A stretch of DNA of 64,000 nucleotides from Planctomycetota bacterium. GTDB lineage: Bacteria; Planctomycetota; UBA1135; UBA2386. The DNA is taken from positions 64 through 64,063 of the forward strand of contig JAGQRB010000534.1 in assembly GCA_020425925.1 (NCBI GenBank). The letters run 5' to 3'. The notes beneath the pieces were generated by a model, which saw only the letters and a program-made list of their open reading frames with translations, was not told where the DNA came from and searched no databases. The position numbers and the translations under genes are program-made. This document shows positions 9,999 through 19,575 of the stretch, one piece after another (position 1 is the stretch's first letter; each line of letters begins with the position of its first letter).

Positions 9999-11087
9999 TC
10001 AGAAGGCCAAAGGCACCGAAGGTGTCCTGCTGACGAGACGTTCGCCGTCCGGCGTGATGACGAGGGCGCGAACAGTGGCGCATTGCCCGACGATCGCGGG
10101 CACTGCCGGCCACAGCAATCGACCGCGAACGTGCCCGTCCTTGCCGAGCGTGCCGAACGTGCCGGGCCCGAGCGTGCCGCGGAGATCGGCCCGCACCACG
10201 ACGGGCGTCACCGGCCGGTGCAGCAGCCACGGCTCGATGCCGGCGGCAGTGAGTGGCACGAGCGCGAACGGGCGATCGAGCGCGAGTTCGACGACGTAGT
10301 GGAACCCCGCGGCCGCACAGGTGGCCGCCACGAACTCGGCCTCGCTGCTCGTCTGCGCGATCGCCGAACTCGCGCGCGGCGCTGCCGGTCGGCCGATCTG
10401 CAGCCGGCCCCAGCGCACCTCGGCATCGCCGCCCGACCACGCCGCGCACTCGCCCTCGACGTGGGCGCCGTCGAGCGCCTGCACCACGAGCGCATCGTCG
10501 AGGAACGCGCGCAGACGGAAGCCCTCGACCTGCAGCGCGAGCTCGTGTTCGGCATCGTCGCCGTGCGGCGCCGATGCCTCCGCGATCACGAACACCGCAC
10601 CGCCGAGCGCACGCTCGAGCCGGGCACGCCCGTCGTGCCGGTCCCAGACGAAGCGGTACCAGTTGCCGTCGTCGCTGCGGCGGGCGAGCAGGCCGGTCGC
10701 GACCGCCGAATCCTGGCACGAGAACGTCGTGGACACGACGTAGTCGCGATACCCGATCGAGGCGAGCGTGCCCGACTCGGCAGCGGCCGCCGGTTCGACC
10801 GCCACCGCGACCGTCGCATGCGCCGGCACGGTGAGCGACAGCGAGTCCGGCTTGCCGCCGGCATCGCGCGGGAAGTGCACCTCGTAGGCCCCCGGCGCGG
10901 TCTCGACCGGCACGTCGGGTGCGCGCTCGACCCGGATCGTCGCGGCGCCCGCGATGCGGACGCCGGGGGCCGCGGCGCGCACGAACCAACGCGCCGCACC
11001 CTCGTCCTGGGCCAGTGCAGCGGTCGCGAGACCGATGCAGATCGCGATCGTTCGCGCGGTTTCGGATCGCAACATGCGCGGCATCAT
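9999..11087 (-). CDS. Secreted protein with a LamG/DUF1080-like jelly-roll and the C-terminal shared module
   Basis: ATG pair at 11087/11084 gives MMPRMLRSETARTIAICIGLATAALAQ. Central concanavalin-like pattern (GLLARRSDDGNWYRFVWD ... LQVEGFRLRAFLDDALVVQALDG). C-terminal 108 aa (10002-10325) resemble the shared module. It sits 75 nt upstream of the HEAT gene on the same strand. Confidence 0.5.
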   Translation of the reverse strand: MMPRMLRSETARTIAICIGLATAALAQDEGAARWFVRAAAPGVRIAGAATIRVERAPDVPVETAPGAYEVHFPRDAGGKPDSLSLTVPAHATVAVAVEPAAAAESGTLASIGYRDYVVSTTFSCQDSAVATGLLARRSDDGNWYRFVWDRHDGRARLERALGGAVFVIAEASAPHGDDAEHELALQVEGFRLRAFLDDALVVQALDGAHVEGECAAWSGGDAEVRWGRLQIGRPAAPRASSAIAQTSSEAEFVAATCAAAGFHYVVELALDRPFALVPLTAAGIEPWLLHRPVTPVVVRADLRGTLGPGTFGTLGKDGHVRGRLLWPAVPAIVGQCATVRALVITPDGERLVSRTPSVPLAF

Positions 11088-11160
11088 ACTTCGAGCGGCC
11101 TTCGTATTGCGGCTCCGACCGCGGAGTGGGTAGCCTGTTCGCCCCGAATTCGAACACGCC

Positions 11161-13185
11161 ATGAGCTTCACCCATCAAGGCCGCACTATCGCGAAGGTCG
11201 CTGTCATCGGCTCCGGTCAGATCGGCCCCGACATCGCCCTCTACTTCACGAAGGTCCTGAGCCCGCACGGCGTGCAGACCGTCGTCGTCGACGTCAGCGA
11301 CGACGCGCTCGCGAAGGGCCGAGGCAAACTCGAGAAGAAGATCCAGAAGGGCGTCGAGACCGGCGCGTTCACGGCCGACCAGCAACGGCGCATGGTCGAA
11401 GGGGTCACGTTCACCAGCGACTACGACGCGATCCGCGGCGCCGACCTCGTGGTCGAGGCCGCGACCGAGAACAAGGACCTCAAGGGCAGGATCTTCGGCC
11501 AGGTCGAAGGGCTCGCCGCGAAGTCCGCGATCCTGGTCAGCAACAGCTCGCACCTCGAACCCGAGGTCATCTTCGCCAATGCCGCGGACAAGAGCCGCAC
11601 CGGCGTCGTGCACTACTTCTTCCCCGCCGAGCGCAACCTGCTGGTCGAGGTCGTGCCGGGCGCCGACACCGCGCCGGCGACGACGCAGTGGCTGCTGTCG
11701 TTCTACGAGGCGATCGGCAAGGTCCCGATCCCGGTGAAGTCGCGCTACGGCTACGCACTCGACCCGGTGTTCGAAGGCCTGTTCTTCGCTTGCGCGCTGC
11801 TCGCGGAGGCCGGCGTCGGCACGACGAAGCAGATCGATGTCGTCTGCAAGCGCACGTTCCGTATGGGCGTCGGCTCGTTCACGGCGATGAACCTGACCGG
11901 CGGCAATCCGATCACGGCGGTCGGGCTCGACAACTACACCACGAAGATCCACTCGTGGTTCCGCACGCCGCAGTCGCTGAAGGACAAGGTCGCGAGCGGC
12001 GATCCCTGGGACGTGCCGGCGCGCGGCGAGCAGGTCGACGTGCCCGACGAGCTCGCGGCGAAGATCCGCGACAACCTGCTCGGCGCCTACTTCGGCCTTT
12101 GCGGCGAGATCGTCGACGCCGGCCTGGTGTCGATCGCCGACCTCAACATGGGCCTCGAGATCGCGCTCGACATGAAGCCGGCGTTCTCGTTCATGAACGA
12201 GCTCGGCACCACGAAGGCGCTCGCGCTGGTAGAGGCCTACGCCGCGGCCAACCCGGGCTTCCCGGTACCGAAGTGCATCGCCGAGCGCGGCGCCAGCGGC
12301 GCGCCGTTCGACATCCCGGTGGTGCTGCGCGAGGATCGCGACGGCATCGCGGTGCTGACGATCCGTCGCCCGAAGGTGCTCAACGCGCTCGACCAGGGCG
12401 TGTTCGAGGAGATCCGGCGCCGGTTCGAGGAGTGCGATGCCGACCCCGCGGTGCAGGGCATCGTGCTGACCGGCTTCGGCAAGAAGGCGTTCGTCAGCGG
12501 CGCCGACGTCAACTTCCTCGCCAAGATCGAGAACCCCGAGCAGGGCGAGCGGACGTCGCGCGGTTCGCAGGTCTGCGTCGACGCGGTGCAGCGGGTCGAG
12601 AAGCCGACGGTCGCGGCACTCAACGGCCTTGCGTTCGGTGGCGGCATCGAGACCGCGATGGCCTGCGAGGCGCGGATCGCACTCGCCGGCCTCAAGGTGC
12701 TGGCCGGCCAGCCCGAGGCCAACCTCGGGATCATCCCCGGCGCCGGCGGTTCGCAGCGACTGCCGCGGCTCGTCGGCATCGAGCGCGCCGCCGCGATGAT
12801 GCGCACGACGAAGCCGATCGGCTCCGAGACCGCGCTCGAGTACGGGCTGGTGCGCGAGCTCGTCGAGGACGACCTCGTCGGCCGCGCGGTCGCGCTGTGT
12901 CGCGAGATGGCGGCGGGCAAGGCGCCGCGTTCGCGCATGGCGACCGGTCCGATGGCCGACGTGCCCGCGAAGCTGCCCGACGTCGACATCGGTCACCGCA
13001 GCCGCAAGGTCGACGAGATCCTCGTGAAGGCGATCCTCGGCGGCGCCAAGCTGCCGCTGGCCGAGGCGATCCCGTTCGAGGCGAAGTGTTTCGGCGAGGT
13101 CTGCGGCACCGCCGACATGCGCATCGGCGTGCAGAACTTCCTGAAGAACGGGCCGCGCTCCAAGGCCGAGTTCGTGCACCGCTGA
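11161..13185 (+). CDS. Bifunctional 3-hydroxyacyl-CoA dehydrogenase (N-terminal) / enoyl-CoA hydratase (C-terminal)
   Basis: NAD-binding VAVIGSGQIGPDIALYF and an HCDH core. C-terminal crotonase fold (GIAVLTIRRPKVLNALD, FVSGADVNFL, ALNGLAFGGGIETAMAC). Domain order is the reverse of classical FadB. Confidence 0.9.
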   Translation: MSFTHQGRTIAKVAVIGSGQIGPDIALYFTKVLSPHGVQTVVVDVSDDALAKGRGKLEKKIQKGVETGAFTADQQRRMVEGVTFTSDYDAIRGADLVVEAATENKDLKGRIFGQVEGLAAKSAILVSNSSHLEPEVIFANAADKSRTGVVHYFFPAERNLLVEVVPGADTAPATTQWLLSFYEAIGKVPIPVKSRYGYALDPVFEGLFFACALLAEAGVGTTKQIDVVCKRTFRMGVGSFTAMNLTGGNPITAVGLDNYTTKIHSWFRTPQSLKDKVASGDPWDVPARGEQVDVPDELAAKIRDNLLGAYFGLCGEIVDAGLVSIADLNMGLEIALDMKPAFSFMNELGTTKALALVEAYAAANPGFPVPKCIAERGASGAPFDIPVVLREDRDGIAVLTIRRPKVLNALDQGVFEEIRRRFEECDADPAVQGIVLTGFGKKAFVSGADVNFLAKIENPEQGERTSRGSQVCVDAVQRVEKPTVAALNGLAFGGGIETAMACEARIALAGLKVLAGQPEANLGIIPGAGGSQRLPRLVGIERAAAMMRTTKPIGSETALEYGLVRELVEDDLVGRAVALCREMAAGKAPRSRMATGPMADVPAKLPDVDIGHRSRKVDEILVKAILGGAKLPLAEAIPFEAKCFGEVCGTADMRIGVQNFLKNGPRSKAEFVHR

Positions 13186-13189
13186 TCCG

Positions 13190-13224
13190 CCGTGGTGGTT
13201 CGTACCGCGTACGAACCACCACGG
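13190..13224 (+). terminator. Perfect 16-bp inverted repeat with a 3-nt loop just after the dehydrogenase/hydratase stop codon
   Basis: CCGTGGTGGTTCGTAC-cgc-GTACGAACCACCACGG, 5 nt after TGA 13183-13185. Only two T follow it, so it is not a textbook intrinsic terminator. Confidence 0.45.
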
Positions 13225-13239
13225 TTACGATGCAGCGCG

Positions 13240-14295
13240 ATGAGTCCACACCTGCGAATCGCCGTCGTGCTCGCGGCGATCGCCGTCGCGGTCGCCGCCT
13301 ACGCGTTCCGCGGTGACGACATCGGACCACCCCACCCGCAGGAACCGGGAGCGGCAATGCCGGCGCCGGCTGCAGCCCCGGATCCGATGGCGGCAGCGTT
13401 GCAGCGCGACGCGGTCGCGCCCACCGACGCCGGGGCCGAGGTAGACCCCGAAGGTCTCGCCAACGGCACCGGCGGGCTCGAGATCCGGGGCGTGCACCGC
13501 GACGGTGCGATCGCGGGTGCCGGTGTGAACTACCTGCTCGGTGCGGTCGACGCGGACCGCGTGCTGCACGTTTGCGCCGGCCGCGACGGTGTAGCCGAGT
13601 TCACGGCAGTTCCGGCCGGTGACTACCGGTTGACCAACGACCGTTCCGATCGCCCACGCCCGATCGAGGTGCGGGCCGGGCACACGACGCTGGTCGACTA
13701 CACGATCGAACGCGGCTACCGCGTTCGTGCCCGCGTCGTCGACGAGCAGGGTCTGGCAGTCGCCGGCGCCGAGATCCTCTATGGCGGCAACGTCGTCGCC
13801 GAGAGCGGGCCCGACGGCTCGTTCACCGTCCTCGATCTCGGGTGCATCGAGCTCGACGCACGGTGCCCCGGCTACTGCACGATCCGCCGATTGAACGCAC
13901 GCGGCTACTTCGAACGGCGACCGGCAGAGATCGTCATGGCGGCGGGAGCAGGCGCCGTCGACGGCTGCATCTCGACACCCGGCGGACTCGCGATCCCGAA
14001 CGCGACGATCACGCTGCGTTCGGTGGCGGGTCCATTCTCGAAGACCGCCTACAGCGACGCCAGCGGTCGCTTCGCAGCCACCGCGCCGCGCGGTGAGTTC
14101 GATTGGCGCGCCGACGCCAACGGGTTCGAAGGCGCGAGCGGCGAGATCACGGTGCTCGGCGGCCTGCCGGCCCGGCTCGACATCACCATGATTGCTGCGC
14201 CACCCGGGGCCGAGCCGACGCGTCCGTCGTCGATCGGCCGCGTGATGACGGGCGGCACGTGGATCGACCCGGATGGCAACCGCCGCCCGCGTTAG
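13240..14295 (+). CDS. Membrane-anchored protein with carboxypeptidase-regulatory-like (CarboxypepD_reg) beta-sandwich repeats
   Basis: ATG 13240 gives the anchor MSPHLRIAVVLAAIAVAVAAYAF. Repeats of the pattern G-x-V-x-D-x-G-x-x-V/I-x-G-A ... DG-x-F (RVVDEQGLAVAGAEILYGG..GPDGSFTV; GCISTPGGLAIPNATITL..DASGRFAA). Confidence 0.55.
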   Translation: MSPHLRIAVVLAAIAVAVAAYAFRGDDIGPPHPQEPGAAMPAPAAAPDPMAAALQRDAVAPTDAGAEVDPEGLANGTGGLEIRGVHRDGAIAGAGVNYLLGAVDADRVLHVCAGRDGVAEFTAVPAGDYRLTNDRSDRPRPIEVRAGHTTLVDYTIERGYRVRARVVDEQGLAVAGAEILYGGNVVAESGPDGSFTVLDLGCIELDARCPGYCTIRRLNARGYFERRPAEIVMAAGAGAVDGCISTPGGLAIPNATITLRSVAGPFSKTAYSDASGRFAATAPRGEFDWRADANGFEGASGEITVLGGLPARLDITMIAAPPGAEPTRPSSIGRVMTGGTWIDPDGNRRPR

Positions 14296-14355
14296 GCCGC
14301 CACCGCGCTCGGCGGCATAATCGCGCGCCCGTGACCCGCCTCGCCGATCGCTGAG

Positions 14356-15426
14356 ATGCTGCCGCGCCACCTGCCCGTGCTCGACGGCCTGCGTGCGATC
14401 GCGGTGCTGCTGGTGCTGTGGAGCCACGTGCCGAACCGCACGCCGGGCTATCCCGAGTGGCTCGAGATCGCGCGCGTCTTCCTCGAACCCGGTGGCCTCG
14501 GGGTCGAGATCTTCTTCGTGCTCAGCGGTTTCCTGATCACCCGCATCCTGATCAGCGAGCAGCGCAATCAGCGGCCGGTGCGCTTCTTCCTGATGCGGCG
14601 CGTGCTGCGAATCTTCCCGATCTACTACCTGCTGCTGGCGATCATGCTGGTCGTCGATCCGCGGCCGGAGATCGGCTGGTGCGCGGTCTACCTGTCGAAC
14701 GTGATCACGATCGCGGACCCGGCGCGCGACTTCCCGCTGCAGCACACCTGGTCGCTGTGCATCGAGGAGCACTTCTATCTGCTCTGGCCGCTCGTGGTCG
14801 CGTTCTCGCCACCGTCGCGACCACCGCGTCTGCTCGCGTTCGTCGTGTTGCCAGGCGCGCTGATCGCCGCGCTGCTGGTCGGCTGGTACGGCGATCTCGC
14901 GACCGCGAGCCGCACCGTGCAGCACGCCTCGCCGATCCGCTTCTTCAGCCTCGGCGTCGGCTGTCTGCTGGCCTACGTCGAACCGCGCATCCACGCGCTG
15001 CCGCGTCGCTTCACCGCGCTCGCGGCACTGCTGCTCGTGCCGGCCGTGGCGTGCAACAACGTCGTGCTCTACGCGCTGCTGCCGCACTGGCTGATGGCGC
15101 CGCCACCGGTGCCACCGCAGGCCGGTCCGGCGCTCTGGCTGGTGTCGGCGTGCTGCCTCGCGACCAGCGCGCTGCTTTGCTGCCTGACACTGGGCCACCG
15201 GCGCTGGTCGCCGTTCCGCCTGCTGACCGCGCGGCCGCTGCGGGCGATCGGACGCATCAGCTACGGCCTCTACCTCTACCACCTGCCGATCTTCCACGCG
15301 TTGCTGCGGCCGGCGCCATCGGGCTCACGCGTACTGATCGCGGTAACTCTCACGCTCGCCGCGGCTACCACTTCGTATTGGGTCGTCGAACGACCGATCC
15401 TACGTTACGGTAGCAAGCTGCGCTGA
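14356..15426 (+). CDS. Acyltransferase family 3 integral membrane protein
   Basis: N-terminal LDGLRAIAVLLVLWSH motif. Polytopic and hydrophobic throughout (about 10 TM segments). ATG 14356. Confidence 0.8.
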   Translation: MLPRHLPVLDGLRAIAVLLVLWSHVPNRTPGYPEWLEIARVFLEPGGLGVEIFFVLSGFLITRILISEQRNQRPVRFFLMRRVLRIFPIYYLLLAIMLVVDPRPEIGWCAVYLSNVITIADPARDFPLQHTWSLCIEEHFYLLWPLVVAFSPPSRPPRLLAFVVLPGALIAALLVGWYGDLATASRTVQHASPIRFFSLGVGCLLAYVEPRIHALPRRFTALAALLLVPAVACNNVVLYALLPHWLMAPPPVPPQAGPALWLVSACCLATSALLCCLTLGHRRWSPFRLLTARPLRAIGRISYGLYLYHLPIFHALLRPAPSGSRVLIAVTLTLAAATTSYWVVERPILRYGSKLR

Positions 15427-15448
15427 TGCCCCGGCGCCGCCCCGAGCG

Positions 15449-17128
15449 ATGAACATCTCCCACTGCATCGGTCTCGCTCTCGGCTTCTGCATGTTCTGGA
15501 CGGCCGCACCCGCCGCCGCCCAGCAACGACAGGCCGAGACGGACGACTCGTTCGAAGCCGCGCTGGCGCGCTACCAGGAGTGCCAGAAGCGACTGCCGTT
15601 CCGGTTCCACACCGAGGGTCGCGAACGCCTCGCGAAGAGCCGCGACGAGCGCGCGCTGGCGCTGCTGATCGACGACTACAAGAAGCCGGAGAATTACCCC
15701 GAGTACTCGAAGTACACGCTGGCGCACATCCTGGCGCGCAACTTCGATCGCGACGAGTTCGTGCCGCAGCTCGACGCGCTGCGCCGGTCGGAGACCAAGC
15801 CGGTCGACATGTGGATGCAGACGCAGCTGATGCGGATCCACTGCGACCGCGTCGACGACACCGAGATCATCAAGATCGCCACCGAGTCGAAGGACGCGCT
15901 GATGCGGGCGGCGGCGATCCTCGCGCTCGGCGACTCGCGCAAGGGCCGCTACAAGGACGTCGTGCTGCGCAATTGCGTCGAGTTCCCGCGCAAGGCCGGC
16001 GAGCGCGCGGCGCTGCTCGGCGCGATGTCGGGCGCGTTCTACGAGAACAAACGCCTGGTCAACGACCCGGACTACCGCGAGGCGCTCGAGGCCTACATCA
16101 GCCTGCTCGACGCCAAGGTCGGGCTGGTGCACGCGTCGAAGATCCAGATGGCGCGCCACCTGCAGTGGATCCTCAACGGGCCGGCGCTGTTCATCGATCC
16201 CGAGCCGTGGCTCGAGCTGCTGCAGCGCGGCGACGTCAAGCGGCCCAAGGCCAACGAGACCAGCGCGTCGCCGAGCTTCTGCGGCATCCAGACCCAGGGT
16301 GAGCGCTTCTGCTACATCCTCGACATGTCGGATTCGATGTGCAAACCGATCCTGCCGGACGCGAAGCCGAGCACCGCACCGACGACCGGCCCGCGCCCGA
16401 AGCGCAAGAAGGGCTTCCTGCCGACCGAGGCCGACCTGCCCTGGCACCTGATCAACACGCGCTGGGACCTCGCGCGCGAGCAGATGCGCATCTCGCTGCT
16501 GCGGCTGACGGACGACAAGTACTTCAGCGTCGTCTGGTTCGGCACGAAGGCCGAGACCCTCGAATCGTGCAAGGGCATGATCCGGGCCACCAAGGGCAAC
16601 GTCGACAAGGTGATCGCCGAGCTCGACTCGCTGGACATGACACCGGCGGACAAGTTGACCGACGCGGACAGAGAGACCGCGCCCGACGGCAAGCTCAAGG
16701 GCTCGACCAACCTGCACGCCGGCCTGCAGCTCGCCTTCAGCCTCAGCAAGAAGGGCCCGGTCGACATCGAGGACACGCCCTACGTCGATGACAAGGTGCT
16801 GACCGAGGGCTGCGACACGATCTTCCTGCTCTCCGACGGCGCGCCGTCGTGGGACACCTTCACCCTGCGCGACATCACCTACGACGGCAACAAGGGCGTC
16901 AAGTCGACCGAGTACGCCGGCGAAGCGCGCTCGACGACCCACCTGAACTACGTCGGCCCCTACGGTCGGGACGAATGGCTGGTCGAGGACGTCAAGCGCA
17001 TGAACGCGTTCCGGCGCATTCAGCTGCACTGCATCGGCCTCGGTGAAGCGAACATGCGCCTGCTCGAGCAGCTCGCCAAGATGGGCAACGGCGAGTGCCT
17101 GGCGATGGGTCGCGGCTCCAAGAAGTGA
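15449..17128 (+). CDS. Secreted helical-repeat + von Willebrand factor A (VWA) domain protein
   Basis: Signal peptide MNISHCIGLALGFCMFWTAAPAAAQ. MIDAS-type FCYILDMSDSM (DxSxS), later GSTNLHAGLQLAF and IFLLSDGAPS. Confidence 0.7.
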   Translation: MNISHCIGLALGFCMFWTAAPAAAQQRQAETDDSFEAALARYQECQKRLPFRFHTEGRERLAKSRDERALALLIDDYKKPENYPEYSKYTLAHILARNFDRDEFVPQLDALRRSETKPVDMWMQTQLMRIHCDRVDDTEIIKIATESKDALMRAAAILALGDSRKGRYKDVVLRNCVEFPRKAGERAALLGAMSGAFYENKRLVNDPDYREALEAYISLLDAKVGLVHASKIQMARHLQWILNGPALFIDPEPWLELLQRGDVKRPKANETSASPSFCGIQTQGERFCYILDMSDSMCKPILPDAKPSTAPTTGPRPKRKKGFLPTEADLPWHLINTRWDLAREQMRISLLRLTDDKYFSVVWFGTKAETLESCKGMIRATKGNVDKVIAELDSLDMTPADKLTDADRETAPDGKLKGSTNLHAGLQLAFSLSKKGPVDIEDTPYVDDKVLTEGCDTIFLLSDGAPSWDTFTLRDITYDGNKGVKSTEYAGEARSTTHLNYVGPYGRDEWLVEDVKRMNAFRRIQLHCIGLGEANMRLLEQLAKMGNGECLAMGRGSKK

Positions 17129-17210
17129 AGGTTATGCCGGGCCGCGACCCCGGCGCGGCGATGCGGTATCCTGCGGCGACTCTCGCCGGCTCTCCTCTCC
17201 GCTTTCCGCC

Positions 17211-18290
17211 ATGCATCCCTTCCTCTGCGTGTCGGCGGCCGGTGCCGCCGCCGTTCTCTTCGTCGTCGCGGTCGCCCCGGCGCAGACCACGGTGACGCTG
17301 CCGTGCGTGCAGGACAACACGCTCTACGAGAGCCCGACCGGCGCGCTCAGCAACGGTGCCGGTGAGGCGCTGTTCGTTGGCGTGACCGGACAGACCAGCA
17401 ACGCGAGGCGGCGCGCGCTGCTGCGGTTCGACATCGCGGCCGCGATCCCGGCCGGCGCGTTCATCGTCTCGGCCCGGCTCGGCGTCACCACGATCCAGAG
17501 CTCGTTCCCCGGCAACATCGTCGTCACCGGCCACCGTGTCACGCGGGCATGGGGCGAGGGCACGTCGATCGCGCCCGGCGGCGGCGGCTCGGGCGGGGCG
17601 GCGACCACCGGCGACGCGACCTGGATCCACAGCGTGCTGCCGGGCGCGCTCTGGACCAATCCGGGCGGCGACTACGTCGCGAGCGCGAGCCTGCGGTTCT
17701 CGACCCAGCCGCTCGGGCCGACGGCCTCGGCAACCACCGCGGCCGCGATCGCCGACGTGCAGCGATGGCTCGACAACCCGGCGACGAACTTCGGCTGGCT
17801 GCTGCGGACCAACGAGGGCGGCAGCGGCATGACGCGCAAGATCGACTCGCGCGAGACCACGACCGGAACGCCGCCGTCGCTGACCGTGAGCTACCTGCTG
17901 CCGAGCCAGACCGGGCAGTACGGCGCGACCTGTCCGACCGGGATCACGTCACTGAGCTACCGCATCACCGCTCCGGCGATCGGCGGTGGCGTCGGCGCCT
18001 TCGTGCAGAGCAACGGCCCGCCCGGCCAGCTCGCGGCCAACCTGATCTCGCTCGAGTTCGACGCCGACGGGCTGCTGCTGTTCCCCACCTGCCCGTTCTA
18101 CCTGACGCTCGGACCGACGTTGGTCTCGCACAGCATCGTGGTGCTCGGAGCGACCGGTGGCGCGTCGGTGCCGGCGGCGTTCCCGGCCGGCTTCCCGGGT
18201 CTGCGCCTGTTCGCGCAATCGGCGGTGCTGGCGAGCGCGTCGCCGAGCGGCTACGTGCTCAGCAATGCCGCGATCGCGGTAATCCAGTAG
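17211..18290 (+). CDS. Secreted DNRLRE-like domain protein with the C-terminal shared module
   Basis: ATG 17211 gives MHPFLCVSAAGAAAVLFVVAVAPAQ. The segment QDNTLYESPTGALSNGAGEALFVG...RRALLRFDIAAAIPAGAFIVSARL resembles DNRLRE-type domains (family call from memory). The last 123 aa (17919-18287) are the shared module. Confidence 0.55.
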   Translation: MHPFLCVSAAGAAAVLFVVAVAPAQTTVTLPCVQDNTLYESPTGALSNGAGEALFVGVTGQTSNARRRALLRFDIAAAIPAGAFIVSARLGVTTIQSSFPGNIVVTGHRVTRAWGEGTSIAPGGGGSGGAATTGDATWIHSVLPGALWTNPGGDYVASASLRFSTQPLGPTASATTAAAIADVQRWLDNPATNFGWLLRTNEGGSGMTRKIDSRETTTGTPPSLTVSYLLPSQTGQYGATCPTGITSLSYRITAPAIGGGVGAFVQSNGPPGQLAANLISLEFDADGLLLFPTCPFYLTLGPTLVSHSIVVLGATGGASVPAAFPAGFPGLRLFAQSAVLASASPSGYVLSNAAIAVIQ

Positions 18291-18912
18291 CGCCTGCCAG
18301 CGCGCGCAGGCGCCGTCGCAGCCGGGCACAGGCGCCGCGCCGCAGCTCGTGCACCCGATCGGCGGGTTGGCGCCATGCCGCCGCGATCTCGCGCACCGGC
18401 TGACCGTCGCGGAAGTGCAACCGGACGAGCTCGCCGAGGCTGTGGCCCGGGCCGGCAGGATCGGCGTCGAGACTCGCGACCGCCGCGCGCACCGCGACCG
18501 CCGCATCCTCGGCGGCGAGTCGTTCGGCCGGCTCCGCGTCGCCGGGCATCGCGAACGCCAGGATCCGGTCGCCGCAGCGGCAGCAGCGCGTGCCGAAACG
18601 CGCCTCGCGCCGTTCGACGCGCGCCGCGACGTTGCTCGCGACACCCTGCACGAATGCATCGAGGCTCGGGGCCTTGTCGCCGTCGAAGTGCGCCAGGGCA
18701 CCGCCCGCGCGCAGACACTCCACGAACACCTCCTGGACCGCATCGGGTACGAGCGCGCGCAGCGGCGAACCGCGCCAACGCGAACGCAGGCGCCGCCGGA
18801 CGAACGGCAGGTACGCGCGGCAGAAGCGATCGGACGCGACGTCGTCGCCGCCCGCCACCGCCGCGATCCAGGCCCGGTCGGAACCGTAGCCGTCGGACAT
18901 GTCGGAGAGCAT
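18259..18912 (-). CDS. ECF-type RNA polymerase sigma-70 family factor
   Basis: ATG 18912 (MLSDMSDG...). Region 2-like DAVQEVFVECLR / FVQGVASNVAARVERR and region 4-like ELVRLHFRDGQPVREIAAAW...RVHELRRGACARLRRRL. The 3' end overlaps the convergent gene by 32 bp. Confidence 0.65.
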   Translation of the reverse strand: MLSDMSDGYGSDRAWIAAVAGGDDVASDRFCRAYLPFVRRRLRSRWRGSPLRALVPDAVQEVFVECLRAGGALAHFDGDKAPSLDAFVQGVASNVAARVERREARFGTRCCRCGDRILAFAMPGDAEPAERLAAEDAAVAVRAAVASLDADPAGPGHSLGELVRLHFRDGQPVREIAAAWRQPADRVHELRRGACARLRRRLRALAGATGLPRSRHC

Positions 18913-19050
18913 CGGCCAACGGCATCGCCCGGTCAGCGGATCGAAGTGCGCAACGTGCGACCGCCTAGTGGGGCGAAGGCCCAGAAAGCGCCGCTTGCGG
19001 CGAATACGTGGTGTTCTCCGATTCCTCGGGGAACGCCTAGGAGGCAAACC

Positions 19051-19548
19051 ATGAACCTGAATCACGTCTTCGTCGCCGCGATCGCGGTCGCCGGAGTGCA
19101 GCAGGTCGCGGTGGCCCAGATGCCGAGCCAGGTCTCGATGTGCATCACGACGGCCATCGGCCCCTGCGGAGGTCTGTGCCAGCCGTTCGATTGCGCCCCG
19201 AACTACACGCTCGTCTCGAGCAACGAGGACATGCACTTCGACGTCGCGGGCACCCCGAACACGCCGTACGTGCTGTTCGTCGGCATCGCGGTCCCGGGCT
19301 GCGTCAGGCTCCCCGGCATCGAGGGTGCGCTGGCGGCCTGGACGCCCGCCGCGACGTTCCACATCGGCGTCTTCGGCAGCTCCAACGAGCCCGGTCTCGC
19401 CTGCTTCGCGGCCACCGACCGCTACACCATGAAGGTGCCGGTCGTGATCCCGGGTGTCGACCTGCGCTACCAGATGCTCGGTGTCAACCGCTGGGACAGC
19501 GGCCCGGCGATCGGCTTCTCGCGGCCGATCGAGGTTCGCACCCGCTGA
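19051..19548 (+). CDS. Small secreted Cys-rich protein, essentially a signal peptide plus the shared module
   Basis: AGGAGG at 19039-19044 precedes ATG 19051. Signal peptide MNLNHVFVAAIAVAGVQQVAVAQ. The end ...KVPVVIPGVDLRYQMLGVNRWDSGPAIGFSRPIEV fits the terminal pattern of the shared module. Confidence 0.6.
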   Translation: MNLNHVFVAAIAVAGVQQVAVAQMPSQVSMCITTAIGPCGGLCQPFDCAPNYTLVSSNEDMHFDVAGTPNTPYVLFVGIAVPGCVRLPGIEGALAAWTPAATFHIGVFGSSNEPGLACFAATDRYTMKVPVVIPGVDLRYQMLGVNRWDSGPAIGFSRPIEVRTR

Positions 19549-19575
19549 CAGGCAGTGACGGGTAGTCGACCGCGC

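Noticed and set aside
18259-18290. 32-bp convergent overlap of the DNRLRE-like gene and the ECF sigma gene as a regulatory antisense arrangement
   Set aside because: Short 3'-3' overlaps are common in compact GC-rich genomes. Nothing else supports a function here. It is noted only as a caveat on the end of the sigma gene.
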